64,000 bases of DNA from Octopus bimaculoides (taxonomy: Eukaryota). A program made the translations under genes and the position numbers. The stretch is from positions 67,540,454 through 67,604,453 of the forward strand of contig NC_068990.1 of NCBI RefSeq assembly GCF_001194135.2. The letters are read 5' to 3'. Shown piece after piece: positions 27,132 to 39,677 of the stretch (the first letter of the stretch is position 1; every line of letters starts with the position of its first letter). The notes under the pieces are model-generated. The model was not told the DNA's origin. It saw only the letters and a program-made list of their open reading frames with translations, and searched no databases.

Positions 27132-27733
27132 TATATATATTTATATATTATATATATATATATATTTATATATTATATATATTTATATATTATATATATA
27201 TATGTTTCGAAGTATAGTTTTGTAGCTAAGAAATGAATCAAATCAAAATGTGTATTACATTCAATCTGAACATACCAGAACTGATCAACAAAGAGTGAGA
27301 GAGGGAGAAACAGAAAGAGAAAAGAAAGAGAGAGAAAGAAAGAGAAAAAGGAGGGAAAGTCATTGAAGCATAACAAAAATGTGAATGAAAATGTAGCAAA
27401 CTTTAGTGAATTGATAGATCAGAAAATTATTATATAATGATTAAAACGAATGAAGATATTAAAAAAAACATCTCATAACAATAGTCAAAAGTAGTTTATT
27501 GTTATCGCTATACTATAGTATACTGAAGAAAATAAAAATTTTAAAAGGCTAGAAAATTTACATATTACACTAATTTTAAACTTGTTTAAATTCAAGAAAT
27601 AAGAGAAGTTTATGAAATTATAGAAGTGAAAAATGAAAATGGTATATGAAATTTATACAGAACATTGTTAAATCATATGGAAATTTGTCAACTTATACAT
27701 TTATGTAAAAAAATATACTGAAGTAACTTATTC

Positions 27734-27782
<49 letters not shown>

Positions 27783-27821
27783 TATATATATTCATACACA
27801 CATACATATATATACACACAT

Positions 27822-28340
27822 AAGCCATTATGAAAGGCTGCAGAATATGGAGAATGAATGGGAGGAGAGCCTGTCAAATGTTGACCCAGTAGAGGGTCCA
27901 GCTAACTGAATAAATAGTACCCTGGTAGATAAAGCAATTAGGGATATGAAGTCAGGAAAAGCCCCTGGCCCACCAAGGATCACCGCTGAGATGCTTAAAA
28001 TATCTGCTGGTGTGGGTTATGGTCTTGTCACTCGTATTGTAAACCGGGTAGTTCACAAAGGAGTCATACCCAATGACTAGCGTAGCAGCACCATAGTCAA
28101 CTGCTACAAAGGTAAAGGTGATGCTTTAGATAGAAATGACTACAGGGTTATCAAACTGCTGGATCAGGTGAGGAAGGTCATGGAGAGGGTCATAGCCCAA
28201 CTAATTAGGTAGACAGTCTGCTTAGATGAGATGCAGTTCAGTTTTGTGCCAGGTAGAAGCACCACTGATGCTATATTCCTGGAACAGCAACTGCAGGAGA
28301 AATACCTAGCCATAGATAAACCCCTATACTTGGCTTAGTT
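27822..28340 (+). pseudogene. RTE-clade LINE reverse transcriptase fragment with in-frame stops
   Basis: HYERLQNMENEW...KAIRDMKSGKAPGPPRITAEMLK...KGKGDALDRNDYRVIKLLDQVRKVMERVI...LDEMQFSFVPGRSTTDAIF: non-LTR RT N-terminal motifs (K-A-P-G-P, N-x-Y-R-x-I-x-L, Q-F-x-F-x-x-GRST-x-D). Confidence 0.9.
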
Positions 28341-28359
28341 AAATTTAATTTTTTGCAAC

Positions 28360-28560
28360 CTTTGATCAAGCCTTACATTGGGAGTGAATCTAGGTAGAAT
28401 CCTGGGATGATTGTACTTAAAATCCTTGACACACACTGTATTATGTTCATTCTGTCTGAGTATTCCATTAAAAGTAAATACATTTGTGGAATACTCAGCC
28501 ATTTACACATTGAATATATGAATAGGTAACTCAGTTGGTTGAACAACTGAATCTCCATTG
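28360..28560 (-). repeat. Diverged interspersed repeat related to 2017-2135
   Basis: tactcagccatttacacattgaat resembles the reverse complement of aattaacatgcaagtggttgagcac at about 2100. Confidence 0.35.
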
Positions 28561-29019
28561 AAGAGACTAATGAAAATCCATCTGTCCAAACACACAGACA
28601 CACACATACAAAATATACTTGCCATTCCAAGACGTTTGCTATTCTAAAATAAATTGCTATAATGTAATATTGTAATGTCTTGCTGTGTGAATGAAACGTG
28701 GGAAATGTATATAAGATTCTCTGCAGAATGGCATGGATATCCTACTGATATGCAGTTTGGAACTATCAAAATTCTTGTCTGAATTCTTTTAACTTCCTGC
28801 TATGATTCTGGAAAGTTCCAGCAGTAGCCAAAGAGAGAATGTGTCTTGTGCAGCATGTTGTGAGTTACTTAGAATAATATTAGTTGAAAATCATATTAGT
28901 AAAATATATCGAAGTGCTTAAAACATTTATTGAAATACAGAGAAGTTTATGTATACGAATGTGTGTGAATTTATATATGTATGTGTATATATACATGTGT
29001 GTGTGTGTGTGTGTGTGTG

Positions 29020-29107
<88 letters not shown>

Positions 29108-29269
29108 CACACACATATATGTGTGTGGCTGTGTATATATCATACATACATTCCTGTACATACACCCACGCATACATTATTTAAATAAAATTTCTCAACT
29201 TACATATTGTTTAAATTGTAGTTTTCCAATTTCTTAAATATTAAATATGACATATATAAATCGACGCAG

Positions 29270-29730
29270 GGATGAGTTTTTGGTTAACAAGCACACCTTG
29301 CAGCCATGTGGTTTTGTGCTCATTTTCACTGTGCAGCATCTTGAGCAAATGCTTTCTACTATAGCTGTGAGCTGACCAAAGCTTTGTGAATGAAGTTGGT
29401 AACTAGAGATAGTATGGAAGCCTAGGCATGGCTGTGTGGTAAGAAGCTTGCTTCCCAACCACGTTTCCACATACAGTCTCACTGCGTGGCACCTTGGGCA
29501 ACTGTGTTTTACTATAGCCTATATATATGTATGTATATATATTTATGTGTTTGTGTCTTTGTTTATCTCCCCACCATTGTTTGACAACCGGTGCTGGTGT
29601 GTTTACACCCCCATAACTTGCATTTGATAATATAAGTACTAGGCTTACAAAGAACAAGTCCTGGGTCAATTTCTTTGACTAAAAATCCTTTAAGGTGGTG
29701 TTCCAGCATGGCCACAGTCAAATTACAATA
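29270..29730. mobile_element. Head-to-head family A SINE pair (minus head 29270-29400, plus copy 29424-29730)
   Basis: ggcatggctgtgtggtaagaagcttgcttcccaaccacg on plus; upstream gagcaaatgctttctactatagc on minus. Confidence 0.7.
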
Positions 29731-29738
29731 TATGTGTG

Positions 29739-29772
<34 letters not shown>

Positions 29773-30547
29773 TTTGTGTTTGTGTGTTTGTGTGTACATC
29801 TGTATCTTTATATTTGTGTTCCCCCACTTGGCTACTGGTATTAGGTTGTTTACATCCCCGTAACTTAGCAGTATGATAAAAGAGACTAAATACATACACA
29901 CATATCTCAGTCAAAGTATACAGTATTATAGATTCATTTCGGCTGAGCATATCAAAAAGTTTTACACTGGATATTAGATAACAGGTTGATTAAGAAACAC
30001 CATGCACTCCTCTGAGATGGTAGGTATGGAAGAACATACCCGCCATTTCTGTAGAGATTGTGTTGTTAGTTAACCATTTTATCTCATATCTGGTTATCTA
30101 ATGAATCTATGATAGTGTATGCCTTGATAGCTATACCCATCCTATTGACAAATATACATAGTTGTCAATAAAGTGCATTTTATATATCTGACGTATGTGA
30201 TTCTTAGATGACTGTGTGTATGACTGTTTTTGTCTATGTGTAAAACTAGTACGTGTCAATGTTCGAAACTGTAGGCCTTTGAGTAACTTCGTAACTTCTG
30301 CTGATTAAATAAAAAAAGAATCCATACATGTGTAACCCACCAGTACACACACAGATTTTTGCTCCTACCGCATATTGCACATTATTTCTTAAAATGGAAA
30401 AAAATCAATAAATTAATCACAGAATATTATCATTATCATTTCATTCCTTATTTTCCATTTAATCAAATGATTTGTTTCTCATATATTCCATTTAATCCCA
30501 TATTGTTGTTGTTGTTGTTCTTCTCCCTATTATTATTATTATTAGTT

Positions 30548-30578
<31 letters not shown>

Positions 30579-30803
30579 TATCTCTCATAATCCCTTATTG
30601 CCCATAAAGTAAATAAAAATCATAATTCACGTTATTATGAGGAATGCTGAAGTATTTTGCTTAAATCCTTTATAAATCATACCTATGAGTAAAACAAAGA
30701 AATGCTTATATAATAAATCTTTATCATCGCTAACATTATCACCATCAATATTAATTTCACTGTGTTGCATCTTGCATATCTACTATTTTTAAGCAGCTGA
30801 TCT

Positions 30804-30855
<52 letters not shown>

Positions 30856-30866
30856 CAACAATAATA

Positions 30867-31403
30867 TTTTTCACTATAGGCATAAGGCCTGAAATTGTGG
30901 GAGAGGGGAATTGTCTATTACATCACATCCATTGCTTAACTGGTACTTATTTTATTCACCACAAAAGGATGAAAGATAAAGCCGACCAAAGTAAAATTTA
31001 GACTTTCCACTATAAGCACAAGCCCAGAAATTTGGGGAGAGGGGTTAAGTCGATTACATTGACTTCAGTACTCCACTACTACTTATTTTTTCGACCCCCA
31101 AAATGATCAAAGGTAAAGTTGACCTCAGTGGAATTTGAACTCAGAACATAGCGACAGGTGAAATATCACAAAGTATTTTATCCAGCATGCTAATGATTCT
31201 GCCAGCTCACTTTCTATTAAAGGCAGAGGGCATGAAGTTTTGGGGGAGGGGACTAGCCAATTACATCGACCCCAGTGGTACTTAATTATTAACCCCAAAA
31301 GGACAAAAGGCAAAATCAACCTCAGTGGAATTTAAACTCAGAACAGACAAAATGCTGCTCGGCATCGTGCCTGGCGTGCTAACTATTCTGCGAGCTCAAT
31401 GCC

Positions 31404-31437
<34 letters not shown>

Positions 31438-31643
31438 TAATTCTTTATACTTATAGGCACAAGGCCTGAAATTTGGGAGATTGGGGCTAGTTGATTAGAT
31501 CGACGCCAGTACTTATCAAACCCGAAAGGATGAAAGGCAAAGTTGACCTCAATAGAATTTGAACTCAGAATGTAGCGACGGGCAAAATGCTGCTAAGTAT
31601 CTTGCCCGGCATGCTAACCATTCTTCCAGATCAGTGCCATAGC

Positions 31644-31687
<44 letters not shown>

Positions 31688-31885
31688 TTTCAAATTTTTA
31701 CCACAAGGGCAGCTTGAGGGAGCAGATTAAGTTGATGTAATCGACCCCAGTGTGGAATTGGTATTTATTTAATTGACCCCAATAGGATGAAAGGCAAAGT
31801 TGACTTCATGACTTCAGCGGAATTTGAACTCAGAGTGTAGCGGCAGATGAAATACCGCTAAGCATTTTGCCAGCTCGCCAACTTA
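30867..31885 (-). mobile_element. Head-to-tail array of five family B SINE units
   Basis: Five co-oriented units starting about 30867, 31002, 31209, 31441 and 31683; the complete ones have aaaggcaaagttgacctcagtggaatttgaactcagaa-like cores; several are separated by (aat)n. Confidence 0.85.
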
Positions 31886-32539
31886 AATAACAATAATAAT
31901 AATAATAATAATAATTGTAATAATCAGGGTCATTGTTGCCATCATCATTCTCACCATCATCATAGCAAACAATACTGTGATCAACATCACCACCACAATC
32001 ATCATAATTATACCCATAACCATCATTATAACTATCATCATTCTTACCACAACTAACATCATCATCACCACCTCCACCATAATCGTAATCACAGCCACCG
32101 ACACCACTACCATCATCATCACCACAATTGTCATCAGCACCATCACCATCACCTTCTTCTTCATTACCACCATCCCTACCACTTGCCTCAGCCTGTTTCT
32201 ATATTTCTCTAGTTCCCTTGTTTGGCAATTAATCCTTCTTATATTTTTCTTCTTTAGGATGAATTATGTTTGTTCCAAGAAGAGCAAACTGTTTATTGTT
32301 TCTTTGAACACAGATTAAGAGGTTTCATTGACATTTTCATTTGATTAGTCATCCATGTTTGGTGTGTTTTTTAAGTTTTCACTTTATTGAAGTAAAGATG
32401 GAACTTCTGTGAGAAACGACGGGAGAAATCTCTTAGATGTTACAAACCACTGATTGATTAAATTTCACTAATATAATATACAAATATACATATACACATG
32501 TGCACATATATATATATACACGTTATGTGGGGATGTATA

Positions 32540-32570
<31 letters not shown>

Positions 32571-33289
32571 TTATATATTATGTGGGCTGTGTATATGTAT
32601 ACACATATATATATATGAAAAATATGTATATATATATATGTGTGTGTATGTGTGTGAGTGTGTGTGCATATGTTTATATGTATATNNNNNNNNNNGCATA
32701 TGTTTATATGTATATATATATGTCTGTATATATATATATATATATATATACATATGCATGTGTATATAGATATACATGTGTGTGTACATGTATATATGTG
32801 TATGCATTTGCATATAGATATGTGTGTGTATATATACGTATATATACATATACACACACATATGCAGACACACACTTGTATATATGTGGTGCATATGCAA
32901 TATATATACATATATCTATCTATTTATATCTATCTATATATATATATATATATATATATGCATATGTTAAATATATGTATATTTGTGTGTGTGTATATAT
33001 GTATGTATATGTGTGTTTGTGTGTATATATATATANNNNNNNNNNNNNNNNNNNNNNNNNNNNNNNNNNNNNNNNNNNNNNNNNNNNNNNNNNNNNNNNN
33101 NNNNNNNNNNNNNNNNNNNNNNNNNNNNNNNNNNNNNNNNNNNNNNNNNNNNNNNNNNNNNNNNNNNNNNNNNNNNNNNNNNNTGTATATAAGTGTGTAA
33201 CCCATGCTAGCATGGACAACAGAGATCAAATGATATGGATATACATGTGTGTGCATATGTATGTATATATGCATGTATGTATGCATATA

Positions 33290-33830
33290 TGAGAGATCTG
33301 ATCAAAAAGTATTTTGACTGGTGTTATAAAAACAAAACTACAATGCATATCAATTCAGCATTTAATCTCCTTCAGTGTTGTCCCCTTCTAAAGCCACATA
33401 CTTTATTCTGCACTATTTCCATTGATGGAAGCATTCCTGGAACTCCTTTTTTTGGATAGCAAGTAGCTGCCTTGTTGCATTCTCTTGGATATCCTTGACA
33501 TCTTAAGATCTTGCTCCTTTCAAGTGGAATTAGATTTTTGGCAAGATTCTTGACTATAATAACCTTCAAGCCAATCTTTCAACCTATTCTCACACACGCA
33601 TATTTTCTCTGCCATGGTCACTGATGTGACCTCTGTGGTGTAGTGAGATGACCATACTCTACACACTTTACTTCCAAGCACTGCAATAAATAGACATGAG
33701 CAAGAATATTAGAAGTTAGTGTGCTTGCATGAATGAGTTCAAGGTCAATTTTTGCAAAGTGGCTTAACTCTGCATACTTTAGCTTCATTACCATAGCATC
33801 AGTCCCAATACATTTTGATCAGACCACACA
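33290..33830 (-). mobile_element. Internally deleted mariner (non-autonomous) with TIRs and TA TSD
   Basis: 30-bp TIRs 33290-33319 and 33801-33830 (24/30 matches by eye), TA on both sides. Minus strand encodes HLKGARS*DVKDIQENATRQLLAIQKKEFQECFHQWK*CRIKYVALEGDNTEGD*, a mariner transposase C-terminus. Confidence 0.88.
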
Positions 33831-34414
33831 TACATATGTTTTTATGCATGTGTATGTATATTATATATATGTATATATACACATACACCCAGAAATGTGC
33901 ACCTTTCAATTGAAAACATATGAGTTAAGAGTGTGTATGTGTGTGTGTGTATGTATGTGTATGTGTGTATTATATGATACATGTTTTTGTATACTTGTTT
34001 GTTACATTTTAGTGTTTGAAGCTGTTGAATTTGATCCAATTTATTAGATTTATACTTTCCATAAATCAATCAACAAGAGCTGGAGTTGTTGTTCTTATAT
34101 TTTCCCCATTTGTCGCCTAGCATTTCTTAATATATCAACATCCCTACTAAGCTGTTTTGTTTGTCTTTTGTAGTTGAAATGAAAGAAACTAAAATAACAA
34201 GCAGAGTGGGAATGAGCGAAAGTCAGCGATGCTAAATGCAGGTGAACTGTAATGAGATATTTTGCTATGAAGTCATCAGTTTTTTTTGATCAAAATGAAA
34301 CTAAATTTTTTATCGTACATTATAACTATTTTATCAAATCACACACACACACGCACACATAAAAATATTTACGAAGTTAAATCTTAATCTCCTTTGTTTT
34401 CAAAGTAACATGCT

Positions 34415-35000
34415 AATCATAATCATCATTATTTAATGCCTGTTTTCCATGCTTGAAAGGGCTGGATGGTTTGATAGAAACTGGTAAGGCCAGGGACTGC
34501 ACTTGGTTCCATAGTCTATTTTGGTATGGTTTCTACAGCTGGATGCCCTTCCTAATGACAACCGCTCCACAGAGCATGCCGGGTGCATTTTATGTGGCAC
34601 CAACATCCACACCAATGCTTTTTACATGGCACCTTGGGTTCAGGATCTCAATTCTGTTGTAGTGGGCAGGTTTTTTCAAGTACAGTAATGCACCACATAT
34701 TTTGGTCCTCTGTCATCTCCTTCACAAGGTTCAGCACTCTGATATCAGCCTTCAGTACTTTGTCCAATATCTTCCTGGGTCGCTCTCTTCCACAACTTCC
34801 CTCGACTTTAAGTGATCAACATTTTTTTATGTAACTTTCCACATCTATCTGCATCACAAGACCAAACCAGTGCAGCCTCCTCTCTTGCACACTGCATATA
34901 ATTCCTCTTATGTCCCACTTCCCTCTCAATACACCAATGCTCTGTCACACATGCACACTCACATTGCTCATCCAGCAGAGCATACCAGCTTCATTCATTT
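34415..35000 (-). mobile_element. RTE LINE 3' end (ORF C-terminus, UTR and tail)
   Basis: Minus strand gives IRGIICSVQERRLHWF and KVEGSCGRERPRKILDKVLKADIRVLNLVKEMTEDQNMW, typical RTE C-terminal motifs, then UTR and (GAT)-type tail. Confidence 0.85.
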
Positions 35001-35227
35001 CCATTCTATTCCATGTCCTCTGCATATTATATATTCTTTCCTGTTTTTGTTTCCTTAGTTTTAGTCCATTCTTTCAAGCTTGCTCTTTCTGACACTAACC
35101 CTTCTTGCTTTTTCTGTGTTATGGATAACACATTCACACACATATAGGTATTTGTATGCACATGGGTAGATGCATATATAAATATGCATATGTATGAGTG
35201 TGTGTATTTATATCTGCATGTGTATGT

Positions 35228-35384
35228 GCATGTATGGCTGTATGATAAGAAGCTTGCTTCCCTACCACATGGTTCTGCATTCAGTTCCACTGTGTGACAC
35301 CTTATGTAAGTGTTGTCTACTATAGCTCTGAAGCAATCAAAGCCTTGTGAGTGGATTTGGTAAACAGAAGGTGAAAGAGGCTTG

Positions 35385-35430
<46 letters not shown>

Positions 35431-35485
35431 GTGTGTGTGTGTATTTCTATCAGTGTTTGCCCACTACAACTGCTTNNNNNNNNNN

Positions 35486-35521
<36 letters not shown>

Positions 35522-35730
35522 GTGTGTGTGTGTATTTCTATCAGTGTTTGCCCACTACAACTGCTTGACAACTGGTGTTGATTTCTTTACATCTCAGTAA
35601 ATAATCAGTTTCACAAAACAAAACAGCTAGAATAAGTACCAGGCTGAAAAAATTAGCACTGAGTTGATTTGTTCAGCTATAAACTTCAAGGCTGTGCACC
35701 AGCATGGCCACAGTCTAATGACTGAGACAT
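35228..35730 (+). mobile_element. Family A SINE spanning a 10-N gap
   Basis: Head atggctgtatgataagaagcttgcttccc, central (TA)n, body ending cagcatggccacagtctaatgactgagac. Confidence 0.75.
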
Positions 35731-36520
35731 ATAAAATATAACATATATATATATATATATATATGTATGTATATGCATATATAAAGAGATAAGGGTTGGT
35801 GATGGAAAGGGCATTCAGCTGTATGAAACCTGTCTGATCGATATGATGGATGATATTTTCAACCAAGACATTACAACTGTATCTGTTCAAATGCTTCAAT
35901 TCTGTATATGTAAATATATGTATTTGATTGCTGATATTCATCAATGATTTGCTCCATTTTTTTGATGCACCATTTTCTATCATCAACAGAACTGTTGGCA
36001 TTTTGATGACATGGGTATGCTGTGTGTGTGTGTGTGTGTATACATATATATATATATATCACTTTCATGAGAAAAATAGTTACTTGCACGAAGATAATTT
36101 CGTGAATTGATGTTGCATCTCTATGTTTTCCTCCTTCCCATATGTATTTGGTCTATCATTTGTTTGCATTTTGTTTATATCTGTTGTTCCATAGCTGGTA
36201 TGTGGTTGAGAAATGCATGGTATTAAGGCATTATTTTACAACAAGATGTACTTCCTGTTTCTGAGCCATACATGTTTTTACAGTTAGGAATTTTTTTTTT
36301 CCTTTTTATTGCATTCATTTTCGAAAGTACAGAGCAAACAGAAGATTTGTTGACAAAGAATGTAAACAAATGACACCATTTACAATGCAGTACTTTATGG
36401 AAAACACACAATGTAAGCATTCAGAGATGCACACATACATATCTGTAGATCATGTTTTATATATATATCGATACACACACATCTATCTATCTATTCATCT
36501 ATCTATCTATCTATATATAT

Positions 36521-36530
36521 AGATCGGAAG
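36521..36530 (+). other. Probable Illumina adapter remnant at a contig end
   Basis: AGATCGGAAG, the first 10 nt of the TruSeq adapter, directly abuts the 36531-36800 N gap. Confidence 0.75.
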
Positions 36531-36914
36531 NNNNNNNNNNNNNNNNNNNNNNNNNNNNNNNNNNNNNNNNNNNNNNNNNNNNNNNNNNNNNNNNNNNNNN
36601 NNNNNNNNNNNNNNNNNNNNNNNNNNNNNNNNNNNNNNNNNNNNNNNNNNNNNNNNNNNNNNNNNNNNNNNNNNNNNNNNNNNNNNNNNNNNNNNNNNNN
36701 NNNNNNNNNNNNNNNNNNNNNNNNNNNNNNNNNNNNNNNNNNNNNNNNNNNNNNNNNNNNNNNNNNNNNNNNNNNNNNNNNNNNNNNNNNNNNNNNNNNN
36801 GTGTGTGTGTGTGTGTGTGGGATGAGAGGTGTTTGAAGATATGGCTGGACATCTATTTAAGCAACGTTAATCTATCAAGAAGTAAATGTATTTTAATAAG
36901 AATTTTTCCTCATG

Positions 36915-37880
36915 TTCTTGATAAGCCTCCATATAACATTATTCTATGAATGCATCTTCAGCTTCAAAGACTGCTTCACTGCAGGACTAAAATCATTGAC
37001 ATTTTGGACATTACCTGGACAATGTAGGCCTTCAGTGAAGTTATGGTATTGTGAGGATATCCATTTAGCTCTCTTCCAACAACACTTCAAACGTAGTAAC
37101 CCATGGTGTTTTAATCTGGAGTGTTTGAAGGCCAGAAGTTTGGTGCTATATGATTGCAAAGATTGTTTGATATTCGGTAATGGGTTACATGGAATTTGTG
37201 AAGTGATACTGAGTCTTGTTGAAACATGTACGTTATTCCTCTGCATACTTCATTCACATAGAGTTTACCAACTGTATCCAGCATCTTAACATATCCAGTA
37301 GCATTAATTCTAAGACCCTGTGGAAAGATGTGAGGTGGTATGATAAGATTTTCATTACTCATCACTCCAAAAACCATCACAGTTGCTGGACCCTTTGCAT
37401 GTAAGACTATGGGAACATCAGAAGGATATGCATATAACCATCTGTCATTTATTCTGCTAAACTTTTAGACTTGGCCAAAGATTTTCTCATCAGAGAAGAA
37501 CAAAAGCATATTTTTATTCTTTTTTGATGTTAACTAATTACTTAGCATGGCTCAAATGTTAACTAACAACTTGGCACGAATCATATAATTTTCCTGTGTC
37601 TTTGTAGACGTAAATTGGCCTTTCTGCATTACAGATGATTTGTATTAGATGTCATCATGCACCAAAGTTCTGATAGTCCATTCCAAAACCTGAAGTTCTT
37701 TGGCAATATTCCTTGTTGGTTTCTGGTATCTCCATCAATAATGATATGAACCCATTGGTTGACTTGCAGTGTCCTTAGAGTAACCCAGTGTTTAAAATGT
37801 TTTATTCTCTTTGACACAGTTGAAACATTCCCACTTGAGGCTTCCAATTCCATTTGCACTTCATATACAAACAAATTCTT
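36915..37880 (-). pseudogene. Tc1/mariner DD37D (maT-like) transposase relic
   Basis: Minus strand, with stops and frameshifts: IAKELQVLEWTIRTLVHDDI*YKS (HTH region), FFSDEK (first D, about 37490), VMSNENLIIPPHIFPQGLRINATGY, FQQD (second D, 37213-37215), WPSNTPD*NTMGYYV. The third-D position lies 37 residues after the second D and is now Gly. TIRs not identified. Confidence 0.85.
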
Positions 37881-38494
37881 TTAGCATTTAGATATTTTTC
37901 AGCTTGCTTAATTTTTTCCGTATCCACTCTATTATATATCTTATCGCAAAGCCTATGATTTTACAGTTTTTTCTTTGTCTTCTTGCTTTTATAGTAAGGT
38001 CAAGCTTTATAGGAAAATCCTGTAATTTTTATTCTCTATTCACAGCTTCTGGCTTGTGTTATTACCTCATTTCTGCTACTTCAAATGAACGCACTTGGCT
38101 AACCTCTCAAAGCACTCTGACACACTAATGCTTATTCTGATACTCATTTTATGCTAGATTACTGCATTCATTTAACAGGCTGTTAATCCTTTCACCCCCT
38201 TTCCCACAGACACTGTGTTCACTCTTTCAGTTTTATAAATCTTTATTTTTATCAAATTCACCCTAATGGTTTGTACCTGGGCAATGATAATCAGTTTCTC
38301 ATTTCAAAGTTCCATCTTTCAGCCACTATTAGTGTCCTTTACTTCCAATATACTCAATTTTTCACATAAATTGGCCTCTCCTTTGCACTATTTGCCCTAT
38401 CATCCTTCCTTCTGTTCATGAATTCGCCTCCTTTTTTAGTTACTGTTTGAATATTTCTAGCCACTGATAGTTTTTCTATCATTATTATTACTAT

Positions 38495-38703
38495 TGGCAA
38501 GATGATGACCTGATAGAATCATTAGTGCACCATGAAAAATTTTTAACTGCATTTTGTCCATTTTGTTCCAAGTTGAAATTCCACCTAGGTTGACTTTATC
38601 TTTCATCGGCAATAAAAATAAGTAACAGCTGAGCACTGGGGTCAATGTAATTTACTTACCCACTCCCTGGAAATTGCTGACCTTGAGCCAAAATTTGCAA
38701 CCC
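38495..38703 (+). mobile_element. Family B SINE
   Basis: aaattccacctaggttgactttatctttcatc...gaaattgctgaccttgagccaaaatttgcaacc then (att). Confidence 0.7.
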
Positions 38704-38726
38704 TTATTATCATTGTTGGTGGTGGT

Positions 38727-39600
38727 AAAGATAGTGAGCTGGTAGAATCATTTGAGTATATCATTAGAGTCATCATCGTCGTTTAACGTCAGCTTTCCAT
38801 GCTAGCATGGGTTAGACGATTTGACTGAGGACTGGTGAACCGAATGGCTGCACCAGGCTCCATGCCCTTCCTAACGCCAACCACTCCAAGAATGTAGTGG
38901 GTGCTTTTACGTGCCACCGGCACGAGGGCCAGTCACACGGTACTGGCTACAGCCACACTCAAAATGGTGTTTTTTACGTGCCACCTGTGAGGATATCCAT
39001 TTAGCTCTCTTCCAACAACACTTCAAACGTAGTAACCCATGGTGTTTTAATCTGGAGTGTTTGAAGGCCAGAAGTTTGGTGCTATATGATTGCAAAGATT
39101 GTTTGATATTCGGTAATGGGTTACATGGAATTTGTGAAGTGATACTGAGTCTTGTTGAAACATGTACGTTATTCCTCTGCATACTTCATTCACATAGAGT
39201 TTACCAACTGTTTCCAGCATCTTAACATATCCAGTAGCATTAATTCTAAGACCCTTTTTTTAATGATTTTCTAACATGCCACCGGCACAAGTGCCAGTAA
39301 AGCGATGCTGGTAATGATCACACTCAAATGGTGTTATATACGGGCCACTAGCACAGAAGCCAGACAGCTGCTCTGGCAATGATCACGCTCAGACAGTGCT
39401 GTTAGTGCATTGGGCAAAATGCCTTGTGGCATTTCTTGTAACCATATATACTCTGAGTTCCAATCATGCTAAAGTCAACTTCGTCTTTCATTCCTCTAGT
39501 GGTTGATAATGTTAAGCAACAGTCAAAAGTTGGTTTTGATGATGTCACCTAATCCCCTCCCCTTCAAAATGGTTGGCCTTGTACCTAAATTAGAAACCAT
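38727..39600 (+). mobile_element. Family B SINE interrupted by an RTE fragment (38770-39405, minus strand)
   Basis: Head gagctggtagaatcatt resumes at about 39400 as gttagtgcattgggcaaaatgcc and ends ggccttgtacctaaattagaaacc(att)n. The insert starts catcatcgtcgtttaacgtcagctttccatgctagc. Confidence 0.7.
38986..39255 (+). repeat. 270-bp direct copy of 37050-37319
   Basis: Base-by-base match from tgtgaggatatcc to ctaagaccct with one visible mismatch (a37276 vs t39212); the two ORF-track peptides differ only Y/F. Confidence 0.95.
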
Positions 39601-39634
39601 TATTATCATTTTTATTATTATTATTATCATCATA

Positions 39635-39677
<43 letters not shown>

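Noticed and set aside
30867-31885. CRISPR-like or satellite interpretation of the regular arrays
   Set aside because: Units are about 200-bp diverged SINEs with Pol III-like boxes; there are no identical short repeats with unique spacers and no cas genes, and the context is eukaryotic.
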